Of a stretch of DNA of 64,000 nt, positions 1 through 10,960 are shown one piece after another (position 1 is the stretch's first letter; each line of letters starts with the position of its first letter). The notes beneath the pieces are model-generated. The model saw nothing but the letters and a program-made list of their open reading frames with translations, was not told where the DNA came from and did no database searches. A program made the translations under genes and the position numbers. The DNA is from Somniosus microcephalus. Lineage: Eukaryota. The stretch is taken from positions 8,246,001 through 8,310,000 of the forward strand of contig CM126231.1 in the NCBI GenBank assembly GCA_052327205.1, given 5' to 3'.

Positions 1-187
1 AGTAAAAGGTACGAGAGCCCCGTACACGGCCACAGATCCAGGCGTCCCTGTTGCATAGCAACAGGTGCAGGAACCCCGGTTACACGGCCACTAATATGAA
101 GTAAAACTTACCTGAACCTACTCCTGAATTTTGCCAGTTAACAGAGGTTTCCGGTTATTTAGATGCCAGTAAATCGAGAGTTTCCTG
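1..187. mobile_element. Right part of a Tc1/mariner (pogo/Tigger-like) MITE, truncated by the window edge
   Basis: Nearly identical to 43441-43754 and ends in the same TIR, GAGAGTTTCCTG. Confidence 0.8.
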
Positions 188-188
188 T

Positions 189-272
189 GCAGCACAGACA
201 CAGGACCGTGCCGGTGTTTGTGCTCCACACGAGCCTCCTCCCACCCTTCCTCATCTAACCCCATCAACATAT
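189..272 (-). mobile_element. CR1 3' UTR remnant
   Basis: Matches the CR1 tail at 42130-42230 (cagcacaga...tgctccacacgagcctcctccc). Confidence 0.7.
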
Positions 273-453
273 GGTAGCATCGCGGTTATGTTACTGGACT
301 AGTATACCTGGAAACATGAGTTCAACTCCCACCACGGTGCAGCTGGGGAATTTAAAATCAGTTAATTAAATAAATCTGGAATTAAAAAGCTAGTGTCAGT
401 AATGGTGACCATGAAACTACTGGATTGTCATATAAAACCCATCTGGTTCACTA

Positions 454-1798
454 ATGGCAGAAATTCCGGTCTGTACAGGCATGTACCCACCCGTAGGGCC
501 AACGGAAATGCCGGTTTTAGGCATGCACTGCGCATGCGCTGGAAACCGACATATCCGATTGACACATCCTCCAGCTGCCCTGGAGCAGCGTCTCTGCGGG
601 GGAGGAGAGTTCCGTTTTTTGGCGACCCTCTGCCCGCAGAAAACACTTAGGGGAAAAATTCAGTTGTTTGCGCCTCCCGTGAGGGCGTTAATGGGGCGCA
701 AAGCAACTAGCGCCCGGGCGCGGCGATGTTTGCGCCGCTCGCGAAATTAACTAGACATTTTGCGGCGGCGCTTAACACTACCACCACGATCTCCTGCGCC
801 GGCAGATTGGGACGTCAGTCGAGTACGCAACGCCCCGGACCGGAAATTGAGCGGCGCCCCCTGCCTTACCGCCTGCCGCTAGCAACGACAGGTTGAGGGG
901 AGCGATTTGCAGTCAGAAAGGGACTGGGGGAGCGCTATTTAAAGGCGACCGCTTCCTGCCTTTTTTTGTTGGTGATATTTTTGCACCACGCATTCTGAGA
1001 GAGAGAGAGAGAAACTTCTGGAGAGATTCAACGCTGTGTGAAGGAGTTTTGGGTACTGAGCAGCACTTTGCAGATTCATTTTGATTTGCCTTTCCTTGCT
1101 TCGCCAGCGCTCTGAGGTAGCGCCTCGCTCCTCGGCCTTCGCGCCTTAAGACAGGTGTGAAGCGCCTGATTTAATGCTCCAATCACCTCCAGGGGCGATA
1201 AAAGCCAAGTTTGCCGTCGGAGGCGATAATTAGCGCCAGGCGCTGAACTTTGCGCACGGCCGATAATGGCGCCCCAAACGGGGCGATACTGAATTTTCCC
1301 CCCTTACAATTCTTGCGCCTGGTAAAAGCGTACGTAAGGCCTGCTTTTACCACGATAAGAGTTGAAAAAAGTAAAAAGAAATTTCCACTGATTTATCATT
1401 TAAAAATACTTTAAAGAAAGGTAAGTTTATTTTTAGCCCCATTAAAAACTTTAATTTAAAAAAAATATTTTTTTTATTTAAAATACTTAATTTATGTAAT
1501 TTAAAGTCATTTTACTATGTTTTTGGGGGTGATCTCCATTCATATATTTGACAGGTCTATTTGTCAAGTGTATGAATGGAGATTCCCTTCTCTGATTGGC
1601 TCCCCATGGCCCACGTGATCCCAGGGACGCTGTGAACCGCCTGCGCCTCTGGGATACGTGGGCCCTGCGCACCGGCAGTTTGGAGAGGCCCAGCAACGGA
1701 ACTCTGTGCCTCCCGGGAGCCCTCCGGTCCAGGCGCAGATTTTTCTAGATCGCAGCCCTCCGCCCGCGGGAGGCCTGCGAACGGAATTTCTGGGCCAT
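454..1798. mobile_element. Non-autonomous TIR DNA transposon (PIF/Harbinger-like, family A)
   Basis: Termini ATGGCAGAAATTCCG ... CGGAATTTCTGGGCCAT with a TA/TAA duplication of the SINE target ttcactaatgtcc. Homologous in inverted orientation to 30793-31556. Confidence 0.75.
650..1303. mobile_element. GC-rich non-autonomous PIF/Harbinger-like element (family B) nested in family A
   Basis: TIRs GGGGAAAAATTCAGT / ACTGAATTTTCCCCCC with a TTA target duplication at 647-649 and 1304-1306. Confidence 0.8.
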
Positions 1799-2149
1799 TA
1801 ATGTCCTTTAGGGAAGGAAATTTGCCGTCCTTACCCTAAAAGGTTTCCTTCCCTAATGGACATTAGTGAACCAGATGGGTTTTTATGACACTCTGCTGCC
1901 CCTACCCGGTCTGGCCTACAGCAATGTGGTTGACTCTTAACTGCCCTCTGAAATGGCCCAGCGAGTCACTCAGTTGGACCAAACTGCTGCGACAAAGTCA
2001 GCACCGTGGGCGTACCTTCACCACACGGACTGCAGCGGTTCAAGAAGGTTGCTCACCACCACCTTCTCACGGGCAATTAGGGATGGGCAATAAATGCCGG
2101 CATTGCCAGCGATGCCCACATCCCGTGAAAGAATAATTTTTTTTTAAAT

Positions 2150-2441
2150 CCTATTCATTTCATGTGCTTATCTTGTTTCCCCTTAAATGCATCGATACTA
2201 TTCACCTCAACCACTCCCTGTGGTAGCAAGTTCCACATTCTCACCACTCTCTGGGTAAAGAAGTTTCTCCTGAATTCCCGAATGGATTTATTAGTGACTA
2301 TCTTATATTGATGGCCTCTAGTTCTGGTCTCCCCCACAAGTGGAAACATCTTCTCTACGTCTACCCTATCGAACCCCTTCATAATCTTAAAGACCTCTAT
2401 TTGGTCACCCCTCAGTCTTTTTCGAGAGAAAAGAGACCCAG
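2150..2441 (-). mobile_element. CR1 LINE 3' fragment
   Basis: ORF 2155..2382 carries the CR1 ORF2 C-terminal motifs TRGH and RRNFFTQRVVRMWNLLP. Confidence 0.9.
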
Positions 2442-2646
2442 ATCTTAAACTAATTTGAGTGGTTACAACTTAAGTGGTCGAGTAAGAAACTGAGTTATCT
2501 GTTGCAACTTTTTTTTTAAAAGGTACAGGTTACAGGCCTCCAGGAACCAGGGAACAGAGGCAAGGGAGTGGGTATTGAGACAGAACTGTCACAAAAAGAA
2601 CAATGGAGGATTTTAAGGTGCTGTTTTCTCTTCCCTGCATTAATAA

Positions 2647-2781
<135 letters not shown>

Positions 2782-3107
2782 TGAGACCCTTGCTGCTTCC
2801 CATCGCAGCGCAGCCAAGCTCAGCTCTTCTGGAACGAGGGGACCCCTTCCGAGAGTAGGACAGTCTGATTAGTATTACAGATGCAGTTTCTTTAAAGGGT
2901 AACCCCCCTCCTCCTCCTGAGTCGCTTCCTTTCCAGGCTGAACAGTCCAAGTTGTCCATAACCCAACCGTTGCCATGGTAATCAATTTCCTTTAATCAAC
3001 TTTGATCTTGGAAACTTCAATTAGGTTGCCTTGTCCAAACAGAACAAGATTAATTATATTAATTCCCAGAAAAAAACATGGAAAGAAGACAAAAAGCCTT
3101 GTTGTAT

Positions 3108-5032
3108 AGTCATAGAATCATAGAGTTATACAGCACAGAAAGAGGCCCTTCGGCCCATCGTGTCTGCACCGGCCATCAAGCCCTGTCTATTCTAATCCCA
3201 TTTGCCAGCACTTGGTCCGTAGCCCTGTATGCTATGGCGTTTCAAGTGCTCATCTAAATGCTTCTTGAATTTTGTGAGGGTTCCTGCCTCTACCACCCTT
3301 TCAGGCAGTGAGTTCCAGATTTCAACCACCCTCTGGGTGAAAAAGTTTTTCCTCAAATCCCCTCTAGACCTCCTGCCCCTTACCTTGAAACTATGCCCCC
3401 TGAAAACAGTGGCAGGATCGGACAAAGGCAACATGGATTTACAAAAGATAAATCATGCTTGACCAATCTACTGGAATTTTTTGAAGATGTAACTGGTAGA
3501 ATAGATGAGGGAGAACCAGTGGATGTGGTGTATTTGGACTTTCAGAAGGCTTTCGATAAGGTCCCGCATAAAAGAGTAGCGTGCAAAGTTAAAGCACATG
3601 GGATTGGGGGTAAGGTACTGACTTGGATAGAGAACTGGTTGGCAGACAGGAAGCAAAGAGTTGGAATAAACAGGTCTTTTTCCGAGTGGCAGGCAGTGAC
3701 TAGTGAGGTACCGCAGGGATCGGTGCTAGGACCCCAGTTATTCACAATATATATTAATGATCTAGATGAGGGAACTAGATGTAATATCTCCAAGTTTGCA
3801 GATGACACAAAGCTGGGTGGACATGTGTGCTGTGAGGAGGATGCAGAGAAACTCCAGTATGATTTGGACAAGTTGGGTAATTGGGCAGATGCATGGCAGA
3901 TGCAGTATAATGTGGATAAATGCGAGGTTATCCACTTTGGTGGCAAAAACAGGAAGGCAGGTTATTATCTGAATGGCAATAGATTGAGAAAAGGGGAAGT
4001 GCAACGAGACCTGGGTGTCCTTGTGCACCAGTCGCTGAAGGTAAGCATGCAGGTGCAGCAGGCGGTTAAGAAGGCAAATGGTATGTTGGCCTTCATAGCG
4101 AGAGGATTCGAGTACAGGAGCAAGGATGTCTTGCTGCAGTTGTACAGGACCTTGGTGATACCACACCTTGAGTATTGTGTGCAGTTTTGGTCACCTTATC
4201 TGAGGAAGGATGTTCTTGCCATGGAGGGAGTGCAGCGAATATTCACCAGACTGATACCTGGGATGGCAGGAATGGTGTATGAAGAGAGATTGGGTCGATT
4301 GGGCTTGTATTCGCTAGAGTTTAGAAGAATGAGAGGATCCCATTGAAACTTATAACATTCTAACAGGACTAGACAGACTAGGTGCAGGAAGGATGTTCCC
4401 GATGGCGGGGGAGTCCAGAACCAGGGGTCACAGTCTAAGGATAAGGGGTAAGCCATTTAGGACTGAGATGAGGAGGAATTTCTTCACCCAGAGAGTGGTG
4501 AACCTGTGGAATTCTCTACCACAGAAGGCAGTGGAGGCCAATTCATTAAATATATTCAAGAAGGAGTTGGATATATTTCTTAAGGCTAAAGGGATCAAGG
4601 GATATGGGGAGAAAGCAGGGACAGGGTACTGAATTTGGATGATCAGCCATGATCTCATTAAATGGCGTAACAGGTTCGAGGGACCGAATGGCCGACTCCT
4701 GCTCCTATCTTCTATGTTTCTATGTTATTGACCCCTCTACTAAGGGGAAAAGTTCCTTTCTATCTACCCTATCTATGCCCCTCATAATTTTCTACACCTC
4801 AATCAGGTCCCCCCTCAGCCTTCTCTGCTCTAAGGAAAACAACCCCAGCCTGTCCAGTCTCTCTTCATAGCTGAAGCGCTCCAGCCCAGGTAACATCCTG
4901 GTGAATCTCCTCTGCACCCTCTCCAATGCAATCACATCCTTCCTATAGTGTGGCGACCAGAACTGCACACAGTATTCCAGCTGTGGCCTAACTAGCGTTT
5001 TGTACAGCTCCATCATAACCTCCCTGCTCTTA
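3108..5032 (-). mobile_element. CR1 LINE 3' fragment split into 3108-3400 and 4725-5032 by a younger CR1
   Basis: ORFs 3192..3434 and 4792..5016 are consecutive parts of CR1 ORF2; an (ATGATTCT)-type tail lies at 3108-3125. Confidence 0.88.
3401..4724 (+). mobile_element. 5'-truncated CR1 (HER1-like) LINE with reverse-transcriptase domain
   Basis: ORF 3393..4346 has QHGF, YLDFQKAFDKVPH, VPQGSVLGP and FADD motifs. There is a frameshift near 4340 and the C-terminus continues in ORF 4393..4632, followed by the 3' stem-loop and an ATGTTTCT tail. Confidence 0.95.
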
Positions 5033-5087
5033 TACTTGTCCCATCAGGTATTGGGTCACATCCTGACGTTGCCTGCTCTACAGTGTG

Positions 5088-5442
5088 TAGGATTGCCAGC
5101 TCTGGTCAGGACCATTCTGGGAGGTTTCGTCTCGTGGCCTCCTGCCTCCAGAACAAGGTGGAGGACCAACAGTGGCTCGGTAGCGGTCGCTCGGGTTTGG
5201 ACCCGACCCTACGGAGGCCCAGGTCCCGATGTGGGGGGCTGGGCCAGAACCGGGAGGTCCGGGAGCAGCCGAAGAAAGCACAGAGCCAGCCAAGAGCAGC
5301 GGTGCAGTGAGGAGGTCGGGACAAGCTGCCAATCCCCGAGGGATTTTCTCTCTCCCTGCCTGCGGGCGGCAGTGCCCGCAGGAGATCAATCCTTAGTTCC
5401 TGGGGACCCCACAGTACAGTTCAGGGAGGGCTGGCAACCTTA
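5088..5442. mobile_element. hAT-like (Blackjack-type termini) MITE
   Basis: TIRs TAGGATTGCCAGC / GCTGGCAACCTTA with 8-bp flanks acagtgtg (5080-5087) and ttagtgtg (5443-5450), 6/8 identical. Related fragments occur at ~49880-49945 and ~56900-56975. Confidence 0.65.
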
Positions 5443-6009
5443 TTAGTGTGCCTCCATCAATGAGCTCATGAACTGGAGGCAGGAAGTGGCTCTGCTTTGT
5501 CATCATTCATTTGTTTATGTCTGGTGGGAAAATGTGGTCAGTGTCATATGGTCGAAGATAATCATTTGCATTTCGCCTGTTATTCACGGAACAAAACAGG
5601 AAGAAAAAGAAGGGAGAAAAGGGGAATAACAACAAAATAAAATTCCGTAAGATGTTGTAAACAGAGGGCAATTGCGAAAGTGCAGGGACAGCTAAAGCCA
5701 AGCAGTCATGTGAATTCCGTGCTGACCGGTGATGTAAGTGGAGGAAAAGCACAGCTGGTTTTCATAAGCCTGAAATCTTTAGGCCGAGTGGAGCGGTGAG
5801 CAGCGATATTTAATCAGAACAGGAACAGGCCTCAAGGGACTTTCTGTGCAGCACAAAACAATGATTACCGTACGTTGCTCTTAATAAGAACAGAAACACA
5901 TTGGCAAATCCATCCCTCGTCCAACCCCCGACATAACACTGAAAATGGAAAATAAAGAAAAGTGAGTCAGTGGTTGCTGAGACACCCTTTAAATTCTGGT
6001 TTTATTGTC

Positions 6010-6440
6010 AGACCTAGTAGACCAGGCCTATAATCTCCGGGGTAATGAGAGGCAATCTCATTGAAACATGCAAAATTCTTACAGGACTTGACAGGGTAGA
6101 TGCAGGGAGGATGTTTCCCCTGGCTGGGGAGTCTAGAACCAGGGGTCACAGTCTCAGAATAAGGGGTCGGCCATTTAGGACTGAGAGGAGGAGAAATTTC
6201 TTCACTCAGAGGGTGGTGAATCTTTGGAATTCTCTACCCCAGAGGGCTGTGGAGGCTCAGTCATTGAGTATATTCAAGACAGAGATCGATAGATTTTTGA
6301 ATATTAAGCGAATCAAGGGATATGGGGATCGGGCAGGAAAGTGGAGATGAGGTAGAAGATCAGCCATGATCTTATTGAATGGCGGAGCAGGCTCGAAGGG
6401 CCGAATGGCCGACTCCTGCTCCTATTTCTTATGTTCTTAT
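6010..6440 (+). mobile_element. CR1 (HER1-like) 3' fragment
   Basis: ORF 6045..6350 is the CR1 C-terminus; GGAGCAGG...CCTGCTCC tail hairpin and ATGTTCTT repeat. Confidence 0.92.
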
Positions 6441-6739
6441 ATTCTAACCAGCCGTCATTGGACAATATTTTCCGCGGGGCATCACGAGAATCATCATGCA
6501 CTTTGTCTTGAGATGCTGGTTTTATATTTTTCTGTCATCTTCCTCCAGGTCTCACAGAAATGTTTAATTGTAGTCAGGAGGACGCTTGTACATTCTGGAT
6601 TCTCAAGTGGTGATTTCTGCGACTTCAAGCTCAGAACCTACGGGCAATTTTGAATTAGGGTCTCTTGACTTAAGTTAACTTCAATCGTGTTGAACAAAGT
6701 CCATCCAATCTTAGGCTCAGACAGAGGAACACACATGCA

Positions 6740-7210
6740 TTCCTGGGATGAGAGGGCTGTCCTATGATGAGAGATTGAGTAGATTGGGCCGATACTCTCT
6801 GGAGTTTAGAAGAATGAGAGGTGATCTCATTGAAACACACAAGATTCTGAAGGGGATTGACAGGGTAGATGCTGAGAGGTTGTTTCCCCTGGCTGGAGTG
6901 TCTAGAACTAGGGGGCATAGTCTCAGGATAAGGGGTCAGCCATTTAAAACCGAGATGAGGAAGAATTTCTTCACTCAGAGGGTTGTGAATCTTTGGAATT
7001 CTCTGCCCCAGAGGGCTGTGGCGGCTGAGTCTTTGAGTATATTCAAGGCTGAGATCGATAGATTTTTGGACTCATGGGGAATCAAGGGATATGGAGATCG
7101 GGTGGGAAAGTGGAGTTGAGGTCGATGATCAGCCATGATTCTATTGAATGGTGGAGCAGGCTCGAGGGGCCGAATGGCCGACTCCTGCTCCTGATTCTTA
7201 TGTTCTTATG
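6740..7210 (+). mobile_element. CR1 (HER1-like) 3' fragment
   Basis: ORF 6748..7119 is the CR1 C-terminus, followed by the tail. Confidence 0.92.
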
Positions 7211-7638
7211 CACGCTATTCCTCAATCCCCCATTTCAGTTGAGGCGTTCACTGGATTATTTTACATGGATTTACACCTCCGCTAAACTAGTGGGCAAAGG
7301 AATTGCGAAGGTGTGAGGCCTTCTACACTAAACTACACATAGTGTAATTTCAACTTGGACCAACAGAAAGAGCCAGTAGCAGAATCTTGATCGCTTAGAC
7401 CTTTGGTTACGCTGTGAAGTTTGATCACTTGGGTTGCCATCCTCCACTCCCGCTACAGGACATTACAGTTCCATACTGCTGCCTCCAACAGGTTATTATT
7501 TCCACCTGCGCCCGGTTGCTGTGCCCAGTGACTGTAGACCGAGCCCTGCCTTTCAGCTTGTGGCACATTCATCCCTCTTGAGTGATGGTTGTGGCAGACA
7601 GAAATCACCGTGCCGCCAACGCTTCCCGTCTCAGAGAT

Positions 7639-8014
7639 CTAGGCTGACAGTCTCCAGTGCAGTACCGAGGGAGTGCTGCACTGTTGGAGGTGCTGTCTTT
7701 CGGATGCAACATTAAAGTCTCCTCTCGGGTGGATGTAAAAGACCCCGTGGCACTATTTCGAAGAAGAGCAGGGGAGTTATCCCCGGTGTCCTGGCCAATA
7801 TAAATCCCCCAACCAACACCACTAAAACAGATTATCTGGTCATTATCACATTGCTGTTTGTGGGAGCTTGCTGAGTGCAAATTGGCTGCCGCGTTTCCTA
7901 CATTGCAACAGTGACTGCACTTCAAAAAGTACTTCATTGGCTGCAGAGCACTTTGGGACGTCCCGAGGAGGTGACAGGTGCTATATAAACGCAGGTTCTT
8001 TGTTTTTCTTTCTT
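7639..8014 (+). mobile_element. Deu-domain SINE (SacSINE1-like), head missing
   Basis: Core gatgtaaaagaccccgtggcactatttcgaagaagagcaggggagttatccccggtgtcctggccaa and L2-type tail. Confidence 0.85.
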
Positions 8015-8265
8015 ATAACTGTGATACAAGCAATGGTTTACAGAGCCCTTGAGAGCACTTTGCACTCTCTTCATGTACAGGCTCCCATCGAATAGTAGCT
8101 AACCCATTAACCTTCAGGTCATTACCCTACACACAGGGCAGTGACTATCCCAATAAACCATTCCGTTGTCACTCAGTTAAACAGTTATGGTGAAGGCCAC
8201 TCCTTCTGTTTCCCAATGTTTTGAGGCCACGTTGTCAAAGTGGAGCAACATCCTGGAAAGTTGCA

Positions 8266-9342
8266 TCCCTTTTGTCTCTTAATCTCTCCTGCCTTCCATC
8301 CTATCACAGACCTTCCCTTTTGTTCTTTCCTCCCCTCCCCCCTTTCCCGGCCCCTACACTTGCTTAAAAACCTGTTCCATCTCCAGCTTTTTCCAGTTCT
8401 GACGAAGGGTCTTCGACCTGAAACATTGGGCTGGATTTTGCCAATGGGGAGCTTTTGGAGGCGGGACTCCCATTTGTCGGGTTTCAGTCCCGCCTCCATC
8501 AACTTCTGGCCAACCCATGCTATCTTCCTCTGATTGACCTTGTTAAGCCCCGCCCAGCGGGCTCAGCAGGCCAATTAAGAGAAAGCCGGTTACAGAGAAC
8601 GCCAGCGTATGACGTTTCAACAATTGTCATCGTTTGACAGCTCTGTGAAGCTGTCCAACACTGACATTCTCTGTAGTTTGATGAGTTCTTGAATTCAAGA
8701 CTCATCAAACCTCTTTCTTTTGCAGAAATGAGACGGTTGTTGCTTTGGAGAATGCAGCAGCCATCTGTCATCTCTGCCGGTGAGATGCGAGACTCTCCGC
8801 GTACCCACCGACTGAAGCCAGCAGGAAGAAACAAAGGTAAGTACACTTTTTCTAACACTTTGCACTTACCTCACATACTTACCTCTCCACACTTGCACCC
8901 ATCACTTACCTTCACAGCGCACTTTGGACCCCGCAGACCCACTGCGTGCCTCGGTGACCCTGGCGGGGTTCGGAGCCTTCGGGAAACCTGCACTTTTGTG
9001 GGTAAAATGGGGATAATCCTCTTATCTACCTATTAACTACCTGTTAACAGGCAGTAGAGTGGCACTAATCCCCTTCTTGCCTCCAAGGAGACGGGACCAC
9101 CGCGGTGCGGGTCGGCTGCCCGCCTCCTGGCAAGATGGCACGGAGGCGGGTTGGGCACCCGCCCCCAAATTCTGCCATTTTCCCGGCAGTCCCGCCTCCA
9201 TACCCGCCTCCCCAGGGCTGGCAAGATCGCGCCCATTAACTCTGTTTCTCTCTCCACAGATGCTGCCTGACCTGCTGAGTATTTCCAGCATTTTTTGGTT
9301 TTTATTTCAGATTTCCAGCATCCGCAGTATTTTGCTTTTGTA
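8266..9342 (+). mobile_element. Penelope-like element 3'/pLTR fragment (8266-8427 and 9238-9342) interrupted by a DNA transposon
   Basis: Collinear with 58490-58712 once 8428-9237 is removed. Confidence 0.8.
8428..9234. mobile_element. Non-autonomous TIR element (PIF/Harbinger-like, family C)
   Basis: Imperfect TIRs GGGCTGGATTTTGCC / GGCAAGATCGCGCCC, inverted subterminal motifs (tggaggcgggact / agtcccgcctcca) and a 3-bp ATT duplication at 8425-8427 and 9235-9237. Confidence 0.75.
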
Positions 9343-9529
9343 TTCAGGAAAGTTCCTTGAATTAGCACAAGACCTCAAATGGGGAGAATGCCCCAAACAG
9401 ATCTTGCCCACTGTCAGGGACAGATATCCACTGATTTATGTTAGTCAGCATATTTGGAAGGTGACCGGTCTTTGTTATTTCCAGCGAAATCGTAGATGCA
9501 TTGCAAAACCAGACAAGTTTCCGATCTCA

Positions 9530-10580
9530 AAAGGCAAAATACTGCGGACGCCGGAAATCTGAAATATAAACAGAAAATGTTGGTCAGCAGGTCAGGCAGC
9601 ATCCGTGGGGAGAGAAACAGAGTTAACATTACAGGTCGACGAGCTTTCGACAGAATTGGACTTTGTTAGAGATGTGACAGGTTTTAAGCAAGTCCAGGGG
9701 CTGGGAAAGGCGGGAGAGGAGGGAAAAACAAAAGGGAAGGCCTGTGATAGGGTGGAAGGCAGGAGAGATTAAATGACAAAAGGGATGATGGTGCGAGGCA
9801 AAGGAGATGGTAATGGGACAAGTTAAGAAAGAAAAGAAGAGTCTAGAGGAGGTGTAAAGGGCAACAGCAGAACCATTACCAGCACCTGCTGGCCAAAAAA
9901 ATGGGAGCGATGGTTATGATCTGAAGTTATTGAACTCGATGTTGAGTCCAGAAGGTTGTGAAGTGCCGAATTGAATGATGAGGTGCTGTTCCTCGAGCTT
10001 AAGAACATAAGAGAACATAAGAAATAGGAGCAGGAGTCGGCCCTTCGGCCCTTTGAGCCTACTCCGCCATTCAATGAGATCATGGCTGATCTTCTGCCTC
10101 AACTCCATTCACCGGCCCTTTCGCCATATCCCTTGATGCCCTTACTAGTCAGAAATCTGTCGACTTCTGTTTTGAATATACCCAATGACTGAGCCTCCAC
10201 AGCCGTCTGGGGTAGAGAATTCAAAAGATTCACCACCCTCTGTGTGAAGAAATTTCTTCTCATCTCAGTCCTGAATGGCCTACCCTTTATCCTGAGGCTG
10301 TGGCCCCTGGTTCTAGACTCCCCAGCCAAGGGAAACATTCTCCCAGCATCCACCCTATCAAGCCCTGTAATAATTTTGTACGCTTCAATGAGATCCCCTC
10401 TCATTCTTCTGAATTCAAGAGAATACAGGCCTAGTTTACTCAATCTCTTCTCATACGACACGCTTCTTTGGAACCGTGCAGGAGGCCAGAGGACAGGGAG
10501 GTCAGAGTGGGAGTGGAGCGGAGAATTAAAATGGCGAGCGACCGGAAGCTCGGGGTCACGCTTGCGGACCCGAACGGAGG
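9530..10580 (-). mobile_element. Penelope-like element 3' end (GIY-YIG C-terminus plus UTR), split by a CR1 at ~10001-10460
   Basis: Peptides DPELPVARHFNSPLHSHSDL and KLEEQHLI..GT.QPSGLNIEF lie on either side of the CR1. Confidence 0.85.
10001..10460 (-). mobile_element. CR1 (HER1-like) 3' fragment nested in the Penelope element
   Basis: CR1 C-terminal peptide in ORF 10099..10599, plus the tail. Confidence 0.9.
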
Positions 10581-10960
10581 TTTCCGATCTCGTTAGCAAC
10601 AGTAACCAGAGGGAACCTGCCCACTATGTTCACAGAGGAAAGCTTCGCCTATGTTCTCAAACAACTAAAGCGCAAAACCTTCCTTTGTAAACTTGTAGCT
10701 GACTCCAAAAAAAAAATCACCCCACAAAAACTGTGCTATTTAGATCTAGGAATGATTGGGTTGCAAGCCAGAATTTTCTGCCATTAATGCTTTGTCAGGA
10801 CCTCAACAAAGGGTAGGCCAAATCCAAGAGTGTGTCAAGGTCTAAACAAGGACACAGCACGCAGGGCTGTCTCTGGCTTCTGCTGCGAAAATGGAAATGT
10901 CAAGGAAGATGTGGAATTAAATAGTTTGTTGAATATTTATTGATCTTTTGGGAATTTTTT

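Larger units (their letters stand above)
273..2145 (+). mobile_element. tRNA-derived SINE with a CR1-group LINE tail, split by nested DNA transposons (SINE parts 273-452 and 1799-2145)
   Basis: A-box-like tggtagcatcgcgg and B-box-like gagttcaactccc at the head. The 3' end caccaccaccttctc..gggcaattagggatgggcaataaatgc is shared with the LINE at 45533-45945. A degenerate inverted copy lies at 53030-53390. Confidence 0.7.

Noticed and set aside
3393-4346. 317-aa reverse transcriptase as a host gene or novel RT system
   Set aside because: It is an ordinary 5'-truncated, frameshifted CR1 ORF2 with many sibling fragments in the window.
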